Positions 63,552-64,000 of a stretch of 64,000 bases of DNA are shown one piece after another. The DNA is taken from NCBI GenBank assembly GCA_004022145.1, contig RCNU01000026.1; one strand, written 5' to 3'. Position 1 is the stretch's first letter. Every line of letters starts with the position of its first letter. The notes beneath the pieces are model-generated. The model made no database searches. It was not told where the DNA came from and saw only the letters and a list, made by a program, of their open reading frames with translations. The stretch comes from Paecilomyces variotii (lineage: Eukaryota). Both the position numbers and the translations under genes were made by a program.

Positions 63552-64000
63552 ATGGCTGACGCTCCCCGTGGACGTGGAGGATTCGGTTCGCGCGGCGACC
63601 GTGGTGGTGACCGAGGCCGTGGCCGTGGCCGCCGTGGCCGTCGTGGTGGTCCGAAGGAGGAGAAGGAATGGCAGCCTGTCACCAAGCTGGGCCGTCTCGT
63701 CAAGGCTGGCAAGATCACCAGCATGGAGCAGATCTACCTGCACTCCCTGCCCGTCAAGGAGTACCAGATTGTCGACTTCTTCCTGCCCAAGCTGAAGGAT
63801 GAGGTCATGAAGGTACGGACATATTTACCCCGGAGGATCAAAATCACAATCAAAGTCTGGCGGAAGGATGGGCAAAAAAATACGCAAAAAGGGGAAAAAG
63901 AATCGGGATGATTGGATATGAGATCAAAGAATATAATTGAAAGGAAGGAATTGGGCAGTGCTGACGGAAAACCAAACAACAGATCAAGCCTGTCCAGAAG
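63552..64000 (+). CDS. RPS2: 40S ribosomal protein S2 (uS5), truncated by the window edge
   Basis: RGG-rich N-terminus; [37 protein letters not shown], intron, then IKPVQK. Confidence 0.96.

Noticed and set aside
1-64000. tRNA, rRNA, CRISPR or other structured RNA genes
   Set aside because: None recognised by eye. A tRNAscan-SE and Rfam scan would be needed to exclude small ncRNAs.

Overview
Intron-containing fungal genomic DNA, most consistent with a Eurotiales mould (Aspergillus/Penicillium/Paecilomyces-like; inferred from gene content and sequence style). The window has two parts. Positions 1-33.4 kb look accessory: a GH2 beta-mannosidase, a small heat-shock protein, two paralogous Zn2Cys6 factors (one lacking its C-terminal domain), a DUF4267-like membrane protein, two P450s, an S10 carboxypeptidase, an HXXXD acyltransferase, a PTH11-like receptor, a sugar porter and a 103-aa gene missed by the ORF track. 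This part ends in decayed PD-(D/E)xK-like genes carrying RIP-type stop codons. Positions 33.6-64 kb are a compact housekeeping block: TRAX, RPEL-repeat protein, PIN protein, TUM1, APC11, hexose transporter, a candidate Atg31 orthologue, BimC kinesin-5, UPF0183/PHAF1, a bZIP-DUF3425 pseudogene, mitochondrial IleRS, a Lys-less opsin, eIF4E, SYM1 and a partial RPS2. No tRNA, rRNA, CRISPR array or intact transposon was recognised. Gene models were spliced by eye using GT-AG sites, and family calls come from remembered motifs, not database searches.
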